Virus record (IMG/VR): IMGVR_UViG_3300033047_000037
Reading direction: 5' to 3' (one strand)
DNA length: 64,000 nt
From: an uncultured virus (IMG/VR IMGVR_UViG_3300033047_000037)
Taxonomy: Duplodnaviria > Heunggongvirae > Uroviricota > Caudoviricetes
Part shown: positions 29,611 through 40,156 of the stretch, in pieces
Position numbering within the stretch: the stretch's first letter is position 1
How the letters are laid out: every line of letters begins with the position of its first letter
Translations under genes and position numbers: made by a program
Notes under the pieces: model-generated
Databases searched by the model: none
What the model saw: only the letters and a program-made list of their open reading frames with translations
Told to the model about the DNA's origin: nothing

Positions 29611-29835
29611 ATGACTGATACCAAACCAACGGACCTTGTAGGCAGAACAATCTCTGCTGTTCGCCCAATGACTCAAAAAGAGCAAGACTTAGAAGGTTGG
29701 TTCACGCCGGCTATGGTTCTTGTCCTTGATGATGGGACTCTTCTATATCCCTCACGAGATATGGAGGGCAACGGTTCTGGCGTTCTCTTCGGTCAAGATA
29801 CTGATGGCAACTCGTTCGGCATTGGGCTTTCATAA
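29611..29835 (+). CDS. Hypothetical phage protein (SRDMEGNG)
   Basis: ATG at +34. Confidence 0.7.
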   Translation: MTDTKPTDLVGRTISAVRPMTQKEQDLEGWFTPAMVLVLDDGTLLYPSRDMEGNGSGVLFGQDTDGNSFGIGLS

Positions 29836-29888
29836 AAGAAATTGGGTGAATAAAACCCAGAGTAGAATATGGCCCAAGGAGTTCTCTT

Positions 29889-30164
29889 ATGGGTTGTCTG
29901 CCTATCGCTATCGCATTTTTCATGCCTCGGTTGATATTGTTCGTCGGTTGGATAATCGGTTTCTTCGTTGAAGCTGCGCCGTGGGAAACTAGAATGTGGC
30001 CCATCCTCGGCTTCTTCTTTATGCCTGCGACGACGCTCTGCTTTGGTGCGGCGCATGTCTATGACAAGGAAAGCTTCGAGGGTATATGGCTCATTTGTAT
30101 GATCATCGCTGTTATCTATGATATAGCTACAGGCACCTCGGTAAACAAAAAGAGCAGTACCTAA
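29889..30164 (+). CDS. Small membrane protein
   Basis: AAGGAG RBS; three hydrophobic segments. Confidence 0.75.
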   Translation: MGCLPIAIAFFMPRLILFVGWIIGFFVEAAPWETRMWPILGFFFMPATTLCFGAAHVYDKESFEGIWLICMIIAVIYDIATGTSVNKKSST

Positions 30165-30202
30165 CTTTATTCACATGCCTTACACCGAATGGGTTAGGTA
30201 GT

Positions 30203-30382
30203 ATGAGTGATATACCCAAAGGTAAGAACCATCCTTTCCATGCTCTTCCTATGTGGAGGAAAAGGCTTAACGGCTTTTATATCTACATCTTGTTTGGCAT
30301 TATGAGTCTTTTTCTTCCGGTAAAAGTGGACCGAGCAATATACAAGGCACTCAAAGACCAATACGAAGGATATGATGGCTGA
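30203..30382 (+). CDS. Small protein (59 aa, leaderless, absent from track)
   Basis: ATG at +33; manual translation MSDIPKGKNHPF... Confidence 0.6.
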   Translation: MSDIPKGKNHPFHALPMWRKRLNGFYIYILFGIMSLFLPVKVDRAIYKALKDQYEGYDG

Positions 30383-30425
30383 TGTTCCATCATTCACATG
30401 CCTTACACCGAATGGGTTAGGCAGT

Positions 30426-30659
30426 ATGAAGAGAAAGACTTGGACATACCGTGGCTGCGAGATAGCCCCTCGAACAGGACCGAGCAGATATTTCGGTCAT
30501 CGCAATTTTACGCCTAACTGTGGACTTCCTCTTCATCGGACTCAATGGTGGATAGTAGAATTCCCCGACGATTCCTGGGTTCTTTGTGGAACCAAGCAAG
30601 ATTGTCGTGAATATATCAATGAGCCCCGCAATAATCATCGAGGCTTGGAGGCGGCATAA
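30426..30659 (+). CDS. Hypothetical protein (leaderless)
   Basis: ATG at +33. Confidence 0.7.
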   Translation: MKRKTWTYRGCEIAPRTGPSRYFGHRNFTPNCGLPLHRTQWWIVEFPDDSWVLCGTKQDCREYINEPRNNHRGLEAA

Positions 30660-30816
30660 TGGACTGGGACGGCGTAAAGACGGCTTTGATGAAGGAAATT
30701 GTTTTCTTTGTCTTGTTGATTATATCAGTGATATTTGTTGTGAAGCTCTTTGCGAGCGATACTTCCTGTAAGTGTATATCTGTTGGTCAAGAACAAATTA
30801 TTGATTCGGAGACACC

Positions 30817-31305
30817 ATGAACGACAAAATTTCCATGACAAAAGAACAGCTTACTTCCACGATTGAGATTCTTCTCTCGTGCGCAGTATCGAAGCTGACG
30901 GACCACTTCCCTGATGCTTTCAGCATAACTGAACGTCAAAGCATGACGGGCGGCTATTGTACAGACATGAGCATGTATGAGCGAGGGATCGTTCAACAAT
31001 CCATCTGGTCCATCGCTTGTCTCACGGCGCAGACCATTGATGACGGCGTGGGAGAAGGCGATACGGCTACCATGCTCGGTGGGTTTATGGATAAATGCGA
31101 ATTATTCATTAGCTCGAATTGGAGAGGATACGGGCACCACTTTCTCGAACGATTGAAAGAAGCGAAAGAGAAAACTGGCGGAGTAAGCTACAAGATGCCC
31201 TATCTTTTTTATCCAGACACAAAAACGATGGCAAAGAATTATATCGCCTATTTTGAGGATAGTTGCTTTTCACATGCGGTAGGATCAGGGCCTCAATCAG
31301 CATGA
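30817..31305 (+). CDS. Hypothetical protein
   Basis: GGAG RBS. Confidence 0.7.
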   Translation: MNDKISMTKEQLTSTIEILLSCAVSKLTDHFPDAFSITERQSMTGGYCTDMSMYERGIVQQSIWSIACLTAQTIDDGVGEGDTATMLGGFMDKCELFISSNWRGYGHHFLERLKEAKEKTGGVSYKMPYLFYPDTKTMAKNYIAYFEDSCFSHAVGSGPQSA

Positions 31306-31586
31306 GCAACCTGACTCGCAGAAAACCGACAGCCGCACCCGTCAAGCACGGAGAGCGATATATCTTTGGGTTTAATGTGGCCAGCGCAAGCGGTCGTCGC
31401 AATTATAGGATTAGCTTCGATACAGCCCGCTTGTGTTGGATTTGCTCTTGTCCCGGATGCCTGTCGCATCAGAAAACTTGCAAGCATCTCCGAGCCTGTA
31501 ATGTTATCGGTCCCGAGAAGTTGGGACAGTCGTTGCCAACAAGAAACCAGGGCGACCGTGCCAAGATGATTGGAGGAGGATCATGA
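31302..31586 (+). CDS. SWIM zinc-finger protein
   Basis: CSCP...CKH; ATG at +33. Confidence 0.75.
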   Translation: MSNLTRRKPTAAPVKHGERYIFGFNVASASGRRNYRISFDTARLCWICSCPGCLSHQKTCKHLRACNVIGPEKLGQSLPTRNQGDRAKMIGGGS

Positions 31587-31798
31587 TTCTTTCTGATGCG
31601 AAAAAACTTCCTTGGGGCACTTATGGTCTTAGCGAGGATGGCGACATACGGAAGCCAGGACCCGGCCCCTTGCGGTGGATAACGCTTGGCGCATGCACCA
31701 CTGACCATCTTGGGGCAATTCTACAAACACAATATCACATCACGAATGGCTATCGTTTTGCTATTCTCTTGATATTGAAAGCTAGAGGCGTAGCATGA
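31583..31798 (+). CDS. Hypothetical protein
   Basis: GGAGG RBS; ATGA overlap. Confidence 0.65.
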   Translation: MILSDAKKLPWGTYGLSEDGDIRKPGPGPLRWITLGACTTDHLGAILQTQYHITNGYRFAILLILKARGVA

Positions 31799-32013
31799 AG
31801 AGCTGGATACTGGAACTTGTTACACTGATTCTGGTTATCTTGTATGCAGCCGGAACAGTTCTTACACTGTTAGACACCTTTAGTCTTTACCACCATCGCT
31901 ACATTACCCCTTGGGGTCAGGTTTTCTTTTCTCTTGGTATTTTCATCATTCTCTACCCGCAAATGCGTAAGTTTTTTATCACATGCAGTTCATGGGTTTG
32001 GGCAATATTGTAA
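31795..32013 (+). CDS. Small membrane protein
   Basis: Hydrophobic; ATGA overlap. Confidence 0.6.
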   Translation: MKSWILELVTLILVILYAAGTVLTLLDTFSLYHHRYITPWGQVFFSLGIFIILYPQMRKFFITCSSWVWAIL

Positions 32014-32348
32014 TGAGAAAGAGTATTTTCGACAAAGATGTTGACCACAACGCCATACGCTACGGAGTCCCCGTTGCGCCTGGCAGTCCAGAAACATGGA
32101 AAATGGCCTACGAAGAGGTCATGGGTCAAGATGAATATGAGGCCGTTTTAGGCTTTGGCGAGTCTGCTTTGGGCAAGGCACTAAGAATTCTTGGCTTTTC
32201 GAGTGAAAAGGGCTTGACTTCCCAACAGGTGAAGCAATCATATAGGAAACTTGTATTCAAGGTTCACCCCGACCACGGCGGAACCCAAGATGCTTTTGAA
32301 AAGGTTCACGCCGCATACTCTCTTCTTTCGGACATGATACAAAATTAA
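32013..32348 (+). CDS. DnaJ (J-domain) protein
   Basis: YRKL...HPDHGG...F..V..AY. Confidence 0.85.
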   Translation: MRKSIFDKDVDHNAIRYGVPVAPGSPETWKMAYEEVMGQDEYEAVLGFGESALGKALRILGFSSEKGLTSQQVKQSYRKLVFKVHPDHGGTQDAFEKVHAAYSLLSDMIQN

Positions 32349-32362
32349 CCGGAGACAATAAA

Positions 32363-32620
32363 ATGTCAGATAATGGCGACCACCAAATTTCCTCGCCTCG
32401 CAGAGAATCTGCCCCATACTTCGAGATCGCAAATCACAGCAATCTCCACCTACAGATGAATCCAACAATGGCTGGGCATGTTTCGTGCCTTATCCTCGAA
32501 GCCTTTGAGGATGGAGACCCGCCAGCGATCTTTGCTTTTGCGAAGAAGCTCGAAGCCTACGCCGGCGGCTCAGGGAAACTCGATTCACATGCAGACGAAC
32601 CTATCGCTCATGCTGTATGA
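32363..32620 (+). CDS. Hypothetical protein
   Basis: GGAG RBS. Confidence 0.65.
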   Translation: MSDNGDHQISSPRRESAPYFEIANHSNLHLQMNPTMAGHVSCLILEAFEDGDPPAIFAFAKKLEAYAGGSGKLDSHADEPIAHAV

Positions 32621-32988
32621 ATGAACTCATCAAACAACTTCGTGCCCAAGGCATTGATGTAACAATCGACGGCGACCACAAGTCCTCGGAGATTTCCTTT
32701 CAGATCGGTGGCGAGACCGTTTTCGTCAAGGGAGAAGTTACCCTCAAGCGAGAGGCAGGCTTCTACCTTGGTATCATGTGGGGAGGTACTGACCCAAGTA
32801 TCACCGAACGCTTCGACACCGATGAACTGCGTGATGCAGAACTGAAGCGGATGCTGGATACCAAGCACGAGAATTCAATCGGAGGTGAGGACGCTTTCTT
32901 CGCAGTTGACATTGACGAAGACGGGCACCCCCAACTCTTTGCTTACAGCGGTTCTCAAGTTGATGAAATGAAATCAAGTGAAGGGTAA
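32617..32988 (+). CDS. Hypothetical protein
   Basis: ATG at +33. Confidence 0.7.
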   Translation: MNELIKQLRAQGIDVTIDGDHKSSEISFQIGGETVFVKGEVTLKREAGFYLGIMWGGTDPSITERFDTDELRDAELKRMLDTKHENSIGGEDAFFAVDIDEDGHPQLFAYSGSQVDEMKSSEG

Positions 32989-33006
32989 TCCCATACACTG
33001 AATGAC

Positions 33007-33669
33007 ATGGATACAAATATGGATATTGATCAACTTCTTATGGACTCGCTTTTCCAATTCAAGGGAGAAGCAATCAAATCTGTTGCAGACCTCAAGGCGA
33101 AAGCAGAAGGTCTTTTCATAGAGTCCAAGGCAATAATCGACAGCAACAAAAGGCTGCCGATCACCTTTTACATCTACACGAACAGCGGCGAAACGATGCG
33201 GTTTGTACCGAACCTCCCCAAGCCACTGATCGCTCCTGTCTTGGAACAAGTCTGCAAATCTGCGCCTGAGGCCACGGCTCTTATTGCTGTCACTGAAGCA
33301 TGGGGGCTCGTTGCTGACGACAACGACGACTCTGTTGAACTCGGCTCAGATGAGATGAGGGAATGGATAAGATCGGGAAAGCAAGTTCGAGATCATCCAG
33401 AAGCTCGTGACATCCTTGTCATTACCTCTCTCTGTAATATCGGAGGGCATGGCAAGTGGTCATCTATGGGGACAGCGCCCGTAATTGAGAGCGGCTCCAA
33501 TCGAAGCTGTGGAGAAATACTATGGAGTCATGGGCTGGCAGATGCAAAGGGCACTCTGCTTCCACCGATTGAGGACATCTTGATGGTCATCGAAGACCCT
33601 AACTTCTTGCGAGAGAAGCTAGAACAACCTCAACCTGGCAAGTTCAACAAAGCATCGAGCGGTTGGTAG
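33007..33669 (+). CDS. Hypothetical protein
   Basis: 220 aa ORF. Confidence 0.75.
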   Translation: MDTNMDIDQLLMDSLFQFKGEAIKSVADLKAKAEGLFIESKAIIDSNKRLPITFYIYTNSGETMRFVPNLPKPLIAPVLEQVCKSAPEATALIAVTEAWGLVADDNDDSVELGSDEMREWIRSGKQVRDHPEARDILVITSLCNIGGHGKWSSMGTAPVIESGSNRSCGEILWSHGLADAKGTLLPPIEDILMVIEDPNFLREKLEQPQPGKFNKASSGW

Positions 33670-33708
33670 TTCTCTTTCACATGCCATACACTGAATGAGC
33701 CAAGCAAT

Positions 33709-34005
33709 ATGAATGAACTCCCTCGTATTGATCTTGTTGTTGCAGTCATTGGTGATGAACGGGTATGCGTCAAAGGAAAACGCCCGTATATCCTGATTCA
33801 TCTTGATGGAAGAGTCTATAGAGCGGCGATGAACGAAGCGCTGACACCGTATGAGAATGGCGAAGTCGTCAGTTTCCATACGGAGGGCAACGACGAGCCT
33901 TATGCGCCGACTCTTCGGTACTTCGATGCCATAGATTTCGTAGGAGAAGCTGAGGGAACTGATATCGAACCGCTGTGGAAGCAAATCGTCGCCCGTGCTG
34001 GCTGA
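33709..34005 (+). CDS. Hypothetical protein (leaderless)
   Basis: ATG at +33. Confidence 0.7.
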   Translation: MNELPRIDLVVAVIGDERVCVKGKRPYILIHLDGRVYRAAMNEALTPYENGEVVSFHTEGNDEPYAPTLRYFDAIDFVGEAEGTDIEPLWKQIVARAG

Positions 34006-34040
34006 CTTTCACATGCTGTAATCATTTGGGGACAACAAGT

Positions 34041-34451
34041 ATGAGATGGAAACCCTGGAAGAAAACGGAGCAGCCGATGGATTATCTTACCCCTCCTGTC
34101 GTGAGATTCATTGAGATCCCTCTTTGTATCCAAGACAACCGCAACCAAGAACTTGTAGATGAGGCCATCCTCTTTTGCAAAACCTTGAACGACTTTCTTT
34201 GGGATCTTGATAATGGGGAACCGATATTGTCTGGCGTCCATGTTGGAACTGCCTCGACTGATTCGATTTACCTTCCTCGATACGGTCCTTACATGAATAC
34301 TGCTATTTTCACAGCAATTACCAGCGTAAAGAGCGCACGACTCCTCTCTGCGATTTTGCTAGGTATCAGCAAGGCAGGCACGCCTTTCGATTACATGGCA
34401 GTTCTTGAAGATGCTCTTTCTGCTCATATGCCGACGACAACAACCAAATAG
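34041..34451 (+). CDS. Hypothetical protein (leaderless)
   Basis: ATG at +33. Confidence 0.7.
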   Translation: MRWKPWKKTEQPMDYLTPPVVRFIEIPLCIQDNRNQELVDEAILFCKTLNDFLWDLDNGEPILSGVHVGTASTDSIYLPRYGPYMNTAIFTAITSVKSARLLSAILLGISKAGTPFDYMAVLEDALSAHMPTTTTK

Positions 34452-34597
34452 GAACAAAAAAGACTCCCATTCGGCTCTATTAGAGTCGAGCGGGACTTTT
34501 TCGCGCTGAGAAAGATCGGTGCATACCCATGAGGGTTGCAAGTCCTATTCACATGCTGTAAACTCCAATCGTCAAGAGATAAGCAAAGGAGCCCACA

Positions 34598-35317
34598 ATG
34601 GACAATGTTCAACTGCAAATTCTTCTCTCTCGTTTGGTTGGAGCCAAGTTTCTCTCTCTGACCACCGCCACCAGCACGAAAATGAACAAGACGAACGGCG
34701 AGCGAAAAGCTGTCGAAAAGCGTCTGAATCCGTTTCATGGTCGTCTTGTATCGGTTCGCACAAGTACCTATCAGCCGAACTACGACTACGGCGGCGCAGT
34801 CAATCGGGCGCAAGCCAAGACGGGCGTAGGCGATGGTGCATCGTTTGAGACTGGCGAAACATGGTACGAGCGCGTCCGAGACGACCAAGACCGTATGACC
34901 GCTTTCGGTCGTCATAAGGGCAACGGTACGCTCTACTTTGTTGGGCGAGAACTCAACAAGGGCGCGACGACCTACATTGCCAGCCATGATATCATGGAAT
35001 TGGAAAATGCCGAGGGCAGCGAACCCACCGGCGTAGTCCTCTACCACGCTGGCGATGCTGTCCCCTACGATGCGTTCCGCCAGTATGTCCCCGCTTACAA
35101 GCCGAGCGCGAAGCAAGGTTTGGGCGATGACGAAATCAAGGCTCGCACGCTGAAACTTGAATCAATTTGGGGCATCAAGGTCAACGGTAGCCGAGAGATT
35201 ATCGACCCCAACCCCAACCGTGTCGATGCTACCGAAGTCATCCGAGGTATCAACAATCTCGTAGCGCAGATGCCCGATATCAATCTTGACAGTATCCCCA
35301 CCGGAATCCCCGCCTGA
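34598..35317 (+). CDS. Hypothetical phage protein
   Basis: AAGGAG RBS, promoter, downstream terminator. Confidence 0.8.
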   Translation: MDNVQLQILLSRLVGAKFLSLTTATSTKMNKTNGERKAVEKRLNPFHGRLVSVRTSTYQPNYDYGGAVNRAQAKTGVGDGASFETGETWYERVRDDQDRMTAFGRHKGNGTLYFVGRELNKGATTYIASHDIMELENAEGSEPTGVVLYHAGDAVPYDAFRQYVPAYKPSAKQGLGDDEIKARTLKLESIWGIKVNGSREIIDPNPNRVDATEVIRGINNLVAQMPDINLDSIPTGIPA

Positions 35318-35329
35318 ATCCTTTGCTAA

Positions 35330-35362
35330 GGGTCGCTATCTTCGGATAGCGGCCTTTTTTTA
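35330..35362 (+). terminator. Intrinsic terminator
   Basis: GGTCGCTATC-TTCG-GATAGCGGCC then T-run. Confidence 0.85.
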
Positions 35363-35429
35363 TCTCCAGGTGATAAAGATCGGTGCATACTATGGTTTCA
35401 CATGCAATCTCACGGAAAGGACAATAAGC

Positions 35430-36146
35430 ATGAGAGACGACGGACCCACGCTAACTCTTTCGCCAGACGATTCTCGCAAACTCTTTCAGATGCTCTCGGA
35501 TGGCGCAGCCCCCGCTGACCTCTTCGAGACTTTTGACACGAGCGATGCCCACTACTATCTCAAGGCGGGTATGGTCTGCGAGGATGTCAAAGACCCCAAC
35601 CATCTCGTTATAAGAGTCATCAAAATTCTTGGCGGCGATATACCCGAATTCGACATCAATGCGCTGCCTCATGGGATGGAGCCAGACAGCCTTGAAGCCA
35701 AGCTCATGCTGGCATCAACGCCGCAAGCGATTGCGATCATCAATATCGGGCGACAAGGCGAGAAGCGCGGTTTTGGATTTGGGAGCGAGGGCAGGGCTGT
35801 AGAATTCGGTAGGTCTCATTCAACGACGACAGCCCCTTGGGACGACATGATCGGTCCCGTTGGCGGCTTGCTGGGCGTTGACGACAGCGGCAACCTTGTT
35901 GAACCCAACGGAAGCCATGTTCTCCCAAACATTCCTGCGCCAATCAAAGAGATGCTGTCATCGATCATCAAAGACAAGATCATGGGTGGGCCTGGCAGTA
36001 CCGCAGCAATTCGCGTCGCAAAAATTTCCATCCAAGGCGACAAAGGCGAGGGCCTCAATATCGAGATTGAAGGCTTAGAGATGGATGATGCAGAGATGGC
36101 TGAAACTCTCATCAACAGCATCAAGGGCGTAACCAAGAACGATTAG
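35430..36146 (+). CDS. Hypothetical protein
   Basis: ATG at +33. Confidence 0.75.
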   Translation: MRDDGPTLTLSPDDSRKLFQMLSDGAAPADLFETFDTSDAHYYLKAGMVCEDVKDPNHLVIRVIKILGGDIPEFDINALPHGMEPDSLEAKLMLASTPQAIAIINIGRQGEKRGFGFGSEGRAVEFGRSHSTTTAPWDDMIGPVGGLLGVDDSGNLVEPNGSHVLPNIPAPIKEMLSSIIKDKIMGGPGSTAAIRVAKISIQGDKGEGLNIEIEGLEMDDAEMAETLINSIKGVTKND

Positions 36147-36261
36147 CGGAAATCCTCATTTCCGTGAGGGCGGGTAGGATGCTCTCGGGCACCTGCCCGC
36201 TTTTCACATGCGGTAACAGGCTATAGTCAATAGATATGAAGAACCTCGTCCATTTGATCCC

Positions 36262-36540
36262 ATGAAGAATCGACCTATACAAACCGGGGATCTCGTACAG
36301 TGGACCAACCAAGGGGCGGCGCAGTTTGCTACGCCTCGAATAGTTAGGGCGATACACGATCTACCCGATGGAACCTTCGCCTTGGTTGAGGGCTCGAATA
36401 CGGGCATACCTCTTGAAGAACTCTCTCTTGTCAAAAACAGCAAAAGAGATGTTGTCCTTTCACATGCTGTAAAACTTCTGCGTTATCTAGCAGAAGGGAC
36501 ACGACATGCTCAACGCAAAAACAAACATCCTCGTCCATGA
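36262..36540 (+). CDS. Hypothetical protein (possible SH3/KOW-like)
   Basis: IQTGDLVQW. Confidence 0.55.
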   Translation: MKNRPIQTGDLVQWTNQGAAQFATPRIVRAIHDLPDGTFALVEGSNTGIPLEELSLVKNSKRDVVLSHAVKLLRYLAEGTRHAQRKNKHPRP

Positions 36541-36961
36541 ACCCGAGTTGGTAGAAGTCCACAACGGAACCTATACGGTTAGCAACCGTGCTGGCGGTCA
36601 TCGGACACTCAAGATCGAGACAATCCTACCAGACAGCAAGAAACCACCACACCACTTTCGTAATCAGAACAGCGGTCGGCGCGTTATTAAGCTGATGATT
36701 GGACCTGACAACGAGACGAACTACACGATGGTAGCTTGGCTCAACAACGATGGACCTCGCATGGTTCAACGGTACGCAAACGATTATGGTATTGTGTGGA
36801 CTGTCAATACCTTGCTCGACCTCGCTCTCAATCGTGAGGAAAGCAGGTGGCATGAAAGATACGAATTGATGCTTGAAGGGCGTTGTTTGATTTGCAATAA
36901 AAAATTAACTCATCCTGAATCAATTAAAAAAGGAATTGGACCTATTTGCGCTGGTCGTTAG
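36506..36961 (+). CDS. DUF6011-like zinc-ribbon protein
   Basis: GRCLICNKKLTHPESIKKGIGPICAGR. Confidence 0.75.
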   Translation: MLNAKTNILVHEPELVEVHNGTYTVSNRAGGHRTLKIETILPDSKKPPHHFRNQNSGRRVIKLMIGPDNETNYTMVAWLNNDGPRMVQRYANDYGIVWTVNTLLDLALNREESRWHERYELMLEGRCLICNKKLTHPESIKKGIGPICAGR

Positions 36962-37008
36962 TTTTTACATGTTATAGATAAAAGCTAACAATAAAAAGGA
37001 ACGCAACG

Positions 37009-37194
37009 ATGAGCCGAGAAGTAAAAGAAAATATATTGAAAAAATTGCGCAACGGAGAAGAAGTAAATGGGGATATTATGCTATATTTTGATTTACAGCC
37101 TTATTTGGTTTCAGGAGAAGAAGTCAAATATGTTGTCAATTTAAAATGGGAAACAGGGCCTAATACTTGGACTTATTATTTGGCGCAAAATTAA
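37009..37194 (+). CDS. Hypothetical AT-rich small protein
   Basis: AAGGA RBS. Confidence 0.6.
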   Translation: MSREVKENILKKLRNGEEVNGDIMLYFDLQPYLVSGEEVKYVVNLKWETGPNTWTYYLAQN

Positions 37195-37283
37195 TAACAA
37201 TGTTTTACATAGTATAGCGCTGCTTATAACTTGGTTTTGTTCGATGACTATTCACATGCAGTAAACGGAGACTATCAAGAACC

Positions 37284-37613
37284 ATGACTATTGGAACCAC
37301 CCTCAGAAACCATCGTGGCGATCGAACTCTCGCCAATCTTTCAGAAGCAACAGGGATTTCTCTCGCCATGCTCAGTATGATTGAGCAAGATAAGCGTAAT
37401 CCATCTGAGACAACTCTATTAGCTCTTGCAGACGCTTTTGATACTACGCTCTTTGATTTGCGATTCGAGTTTGAGTGGGGCGTTTCATGGAGTACATTCG
37501 GCGCATCAATCGTCGGCACGGCTCGAAAAACTGGCTCGAATACTGCCAAAAACCAAATCCAGCGAGTATGGAAAAACCCCTCTCTCGCCGCCGGCCTCGC
37601 CGACTCACTCTGA
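37284..37613 (+). CDS. XRE-family HTH regulator
   Basis: TLANLSEATGISLAMLSMIEQDKRNPS; ATG at +33. Confidence 0.85.
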   Translation: MTIGTTLRNHRGDRTLANLSEATGISLAMLSMIEQDKRNPSETTLLALADAFDTTLFDLRFEFEWGVSWSTFGASIVGTARKTGSNTAKNQIQRVWKNPSLAAGLADSL

Positions 37614-37666
37614 TTCACCTGATTCGATTCAGTTGAGCGTGGTACAATCACCCAAAAGGAGCAATC

Positions 37667-38107
37667 ATGCTGAAAATCTTACGCAAGCCAATGCTGGCCA
37701 TTCCCCTCGTCATTATCGTTGCCATTCTTGGCGTGTTCATCTATGGCAAGCTGTTTGGTCTGTATACCTACAGCGATGGGCAGCGCAGCGGAACCATCAT
37801 CAAATACGCAGACAAGGGATTCATTGTCAAGCGTGGAGAAGGCGAACTCTTACTCAACGAGTTTGGAGTCCGAAGCATCAACGCCAAGCCCAGTAGCACA
37901 TCGACTGGCAGCGGCAATACTTTCATCTTCAATGTTCGAGACAAGGAATTGAAGAAACAATTGAAGGCAGCGACGGGTAGGCATTGTCAGATTGAGTATC
38001 GAGAACTACTCATTGCGCCGTGGTACTTCAATGGACACTATGAAGGAACAGGCATCCGATTCGGAGAGGCGAACGCTCCTGAGCCACCCTCTGCTGACGG
38101 ACCTTGA
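37667..38107 (+). CDS. Membrane-anchored hypothetical protein
   Basis: N-terminal TM; YSDGQRSG; AAGGAG RBS. Confidence 0.75.
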   Translation: MLKILRKPMLAIPLVIIVAILGVFIYGKLFGLYTYSDGQRSGTIIKYADKGFIVKRGEGELLLNEFGVRSINAKPSSTSTGSGNTFIFNVRDKELKKQLKAATGRHCQIEYRELLIAPWYFNGHYEGTGIRFGEANAPEPPSADGP

Positions 38108-38259
38108 CACCGAATGACATTGAATGACACCACAAGCCCTTCGGTCTGGTTTAGCAGGCCGTTGGGTTTTTTCTTGCGCCAAGAAAGATCAGTGCAGATT
38201 ATCAGGTGAACAGCCGCCGAGTATAATACACTCATAACCTCACGGAAAGGAATATAGAC

Positions 38260-38739
38260 ATGTGCAATGAAGCAGGAGCAGGGACATATACCTACAAGAC
38301 TGACACCATCATTGAGATTCTTGATACAGGAAGCGGATACAATCATCGAATCTTTCAAGCTGGCAAACTTATGTCCCAGAAGCAACTCGACTCCCGAGAT
38401 AGCAGCCCTTGTCATGCGGCCATGTGGGTAGAAATCGGATGCCCAACACCAAAACAAATGGGGTTTGGTGCGTATTGCGAATCTGGTGCTGTCAAAGAAC
38501 AATTTATGAAATTGTATCCTGGCGTGGATATCAATCAATTCGTCAATGACAAGATTTCTTATCATGGCAACAAAGACTGGATAAACTGTAGTGGCGAAGG
38601 CTCGAATGAAGTCTGCCCAGGTGATGGGTGCAACCTCCAAGACTTTGTTGAGTCCGCAAAAAAGAGAGGCGTGACCATCAAACAGGTTTTTCGAGACGAA
38701 GATTGCCGATGCTCAAAGTGTCGTCGGCTTGGGTTCTGA
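38260..38739 (+). CDS. Cys-rich hypothetical protein
   Basis: AAGGA RBS; CRCSKC. Confidence 0.7.
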   Translation: MCNEAGAGTYTYKTDTIIEILDTGSGYNHRIFQAGKLMSQKQLDSRDSSPCHAAMWVEIGCPTPKQMGFGAYCESGAVKEQFMKLYPGVDINQFVNDKISYHGNKDWINCSGEGSNEVCPGDGCNLQDFVESAKKRGVTIKQVFRDEDCRCSKCRRLGF

Positions 38740-38850
38740 TAGATCGGTGCAAGTTCTCCTATCAGGCTTCGGCCTGAACCCACAGACTCCGTTGCCTCGC
38801 GCTTGGTAGCGGAGTCTTTCACATGCTGTAAACTTTCAGGAGCAACAGAT

Positions 38851-39135
38851 ATGAGCCAAACATTTATCAGCGAAGTATCCAAATTCCCCGAGGGCGAGAG
38901 TTTTATTATCCTCCGCCCCAAGTCCATACATATTCCTGGAGACCAGCGAAGTCGAGAAGCTCCGGGTCATGGCTATCCTGCCTCGTCAGAAGATTGCTGG
39001 GATCTCATTCTTTTCGATTCTCGCGAAGAATGGGAAGATGAGATTAAAAAGCTAACAAACCAAAGCCAGCAGTTTGTACCCCTTGCAGGCACTCGCCCCG
39101 TAATTACCACCACAACTAGCGTCTTTATTACCTGA
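38851..39135 (+). CDS. Cassette gene, hypothetical
   Basis: ATG at +33. Confidence 0.7.
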   Translation: MSQTFISEVSKFPEGESFIILRPKSIHIPGDQRSREAPGHGYPASSEDCWDLILFDSREEWEDEIKKLTNQSQQFVPLAGTRPVITTTTSVFIT

Positions 39136-39186
39136 TTCACATGCCGTAAAGCTCTCCCGTCAAGGAATAGCAAAGGAGCTACAGCT

Positions 39187-39552
39187 ATGACCCCCAGCGA
39201 AATCGAAACTGACATTCTCAAACTGCAACCAGGCACAATATTTAAGACGATGCTTTGCGTATCCCTATTGACTCCAGCCCAAATCACGCTCCAAGAGAAA
39301 ATCATTCACAAAATTCTCCATTTATATGTTCCTTATATGGGAATGAATAAATTTAGAACCAACAGAGAACGACAAGACTCTCTTATCTCTCATGTGATTG
39401 ACAAAATCAATGAGTACAGCGATCTGATAGCCTGCCTTGGGAAAAAGCAACCCTATTGCGCTCAATTATTGCTCGAAAACACAATCATGGTACTCGATAA
39501 GGAATACAGCGCACCAGCATATGTCTTGAACAAACTCCAAGAATCTGTCTGA
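39187..39552 (+). CDS. Cassette gene, hypothetical
   Basis: Promoter plus AAGGAG. Confidence 0.75.
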   Translation: MTPSEIETDILKLQPGTIFKTMLCVSLLTPAQITLQEKIIHKILHLYVPYMGMNKFRTNRERQDSLISHVIDKINEYSDLIACLGKKQPYCAQLLLENTIMVLDKEYSAPAYVLNKLQESV

Positions 39553-39603
39553 TTCACATGCAGTAAAACTTTCGCATCAAGAGATAACAAAGGAGCTACG
39601 ACC

Positions 39604-39981
39604 ATGAAGCTGATCACAAAGGCAATCGAGAACGGACTGGAAAAGCAGGGAGATACGAGCGAGATGGAGATGAAGGATATCATCGTCATCGCCAAATTCT
39701 TCGGAGGCCCCGGAACTTGGTACCTGTATGACTGGGACCGAGACACCCGAAATGCGGAGTTTGAGGGACACCCCAAGCGTACCGATGGACTGCCTGAACG
39801 GTTGTGGGTCTTTGCTAACCTCGGCGACATTGCTTGTGCGGAGTGTGGTACGGTTCTTCTCAGCGAATTAGAATCAATCAAGATCCCGCCGTTTGGTATG
39901 AGAATCGAGCGAGATACGAGTTGGACCCCTCGCCCCTTGAGCGAAGTCATCGAAACCATCAAGAACGGCGGACACCTCTAA
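39604..39981 (+). CDS. DUF2958-like protein
   Basis: KFF...GTWY...E.G.V.LSELES...IERD. Confidence 0.7.
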   Translation: MKLITKAIENGLEKQGDTSEMEMKDIIVIAKFFGGPGTWYLYDWDRDTRNAEFEGHPKRTDGLPERLWVFANLGDIACAECGTVLLSELESIKIPPFGMRIERDTSWTPRPLSEVIETIKNGGHL

Positions 39982-40156
39982 GATAGAGAGCGGTGGGCGT
40001 GTTGAAGCAGGGAAACTAATCCACCCCTGGCAAAACCCGAATAAGGTAAGGATAACAGAACAAACCTCGGGCACCACCGCCCGTTACGGCCTCATATAGA
40101 TCGGTGCATGACACGGATTCCTTTTCACATGCCGTAAATAGCGAGCGACAAGAAGT

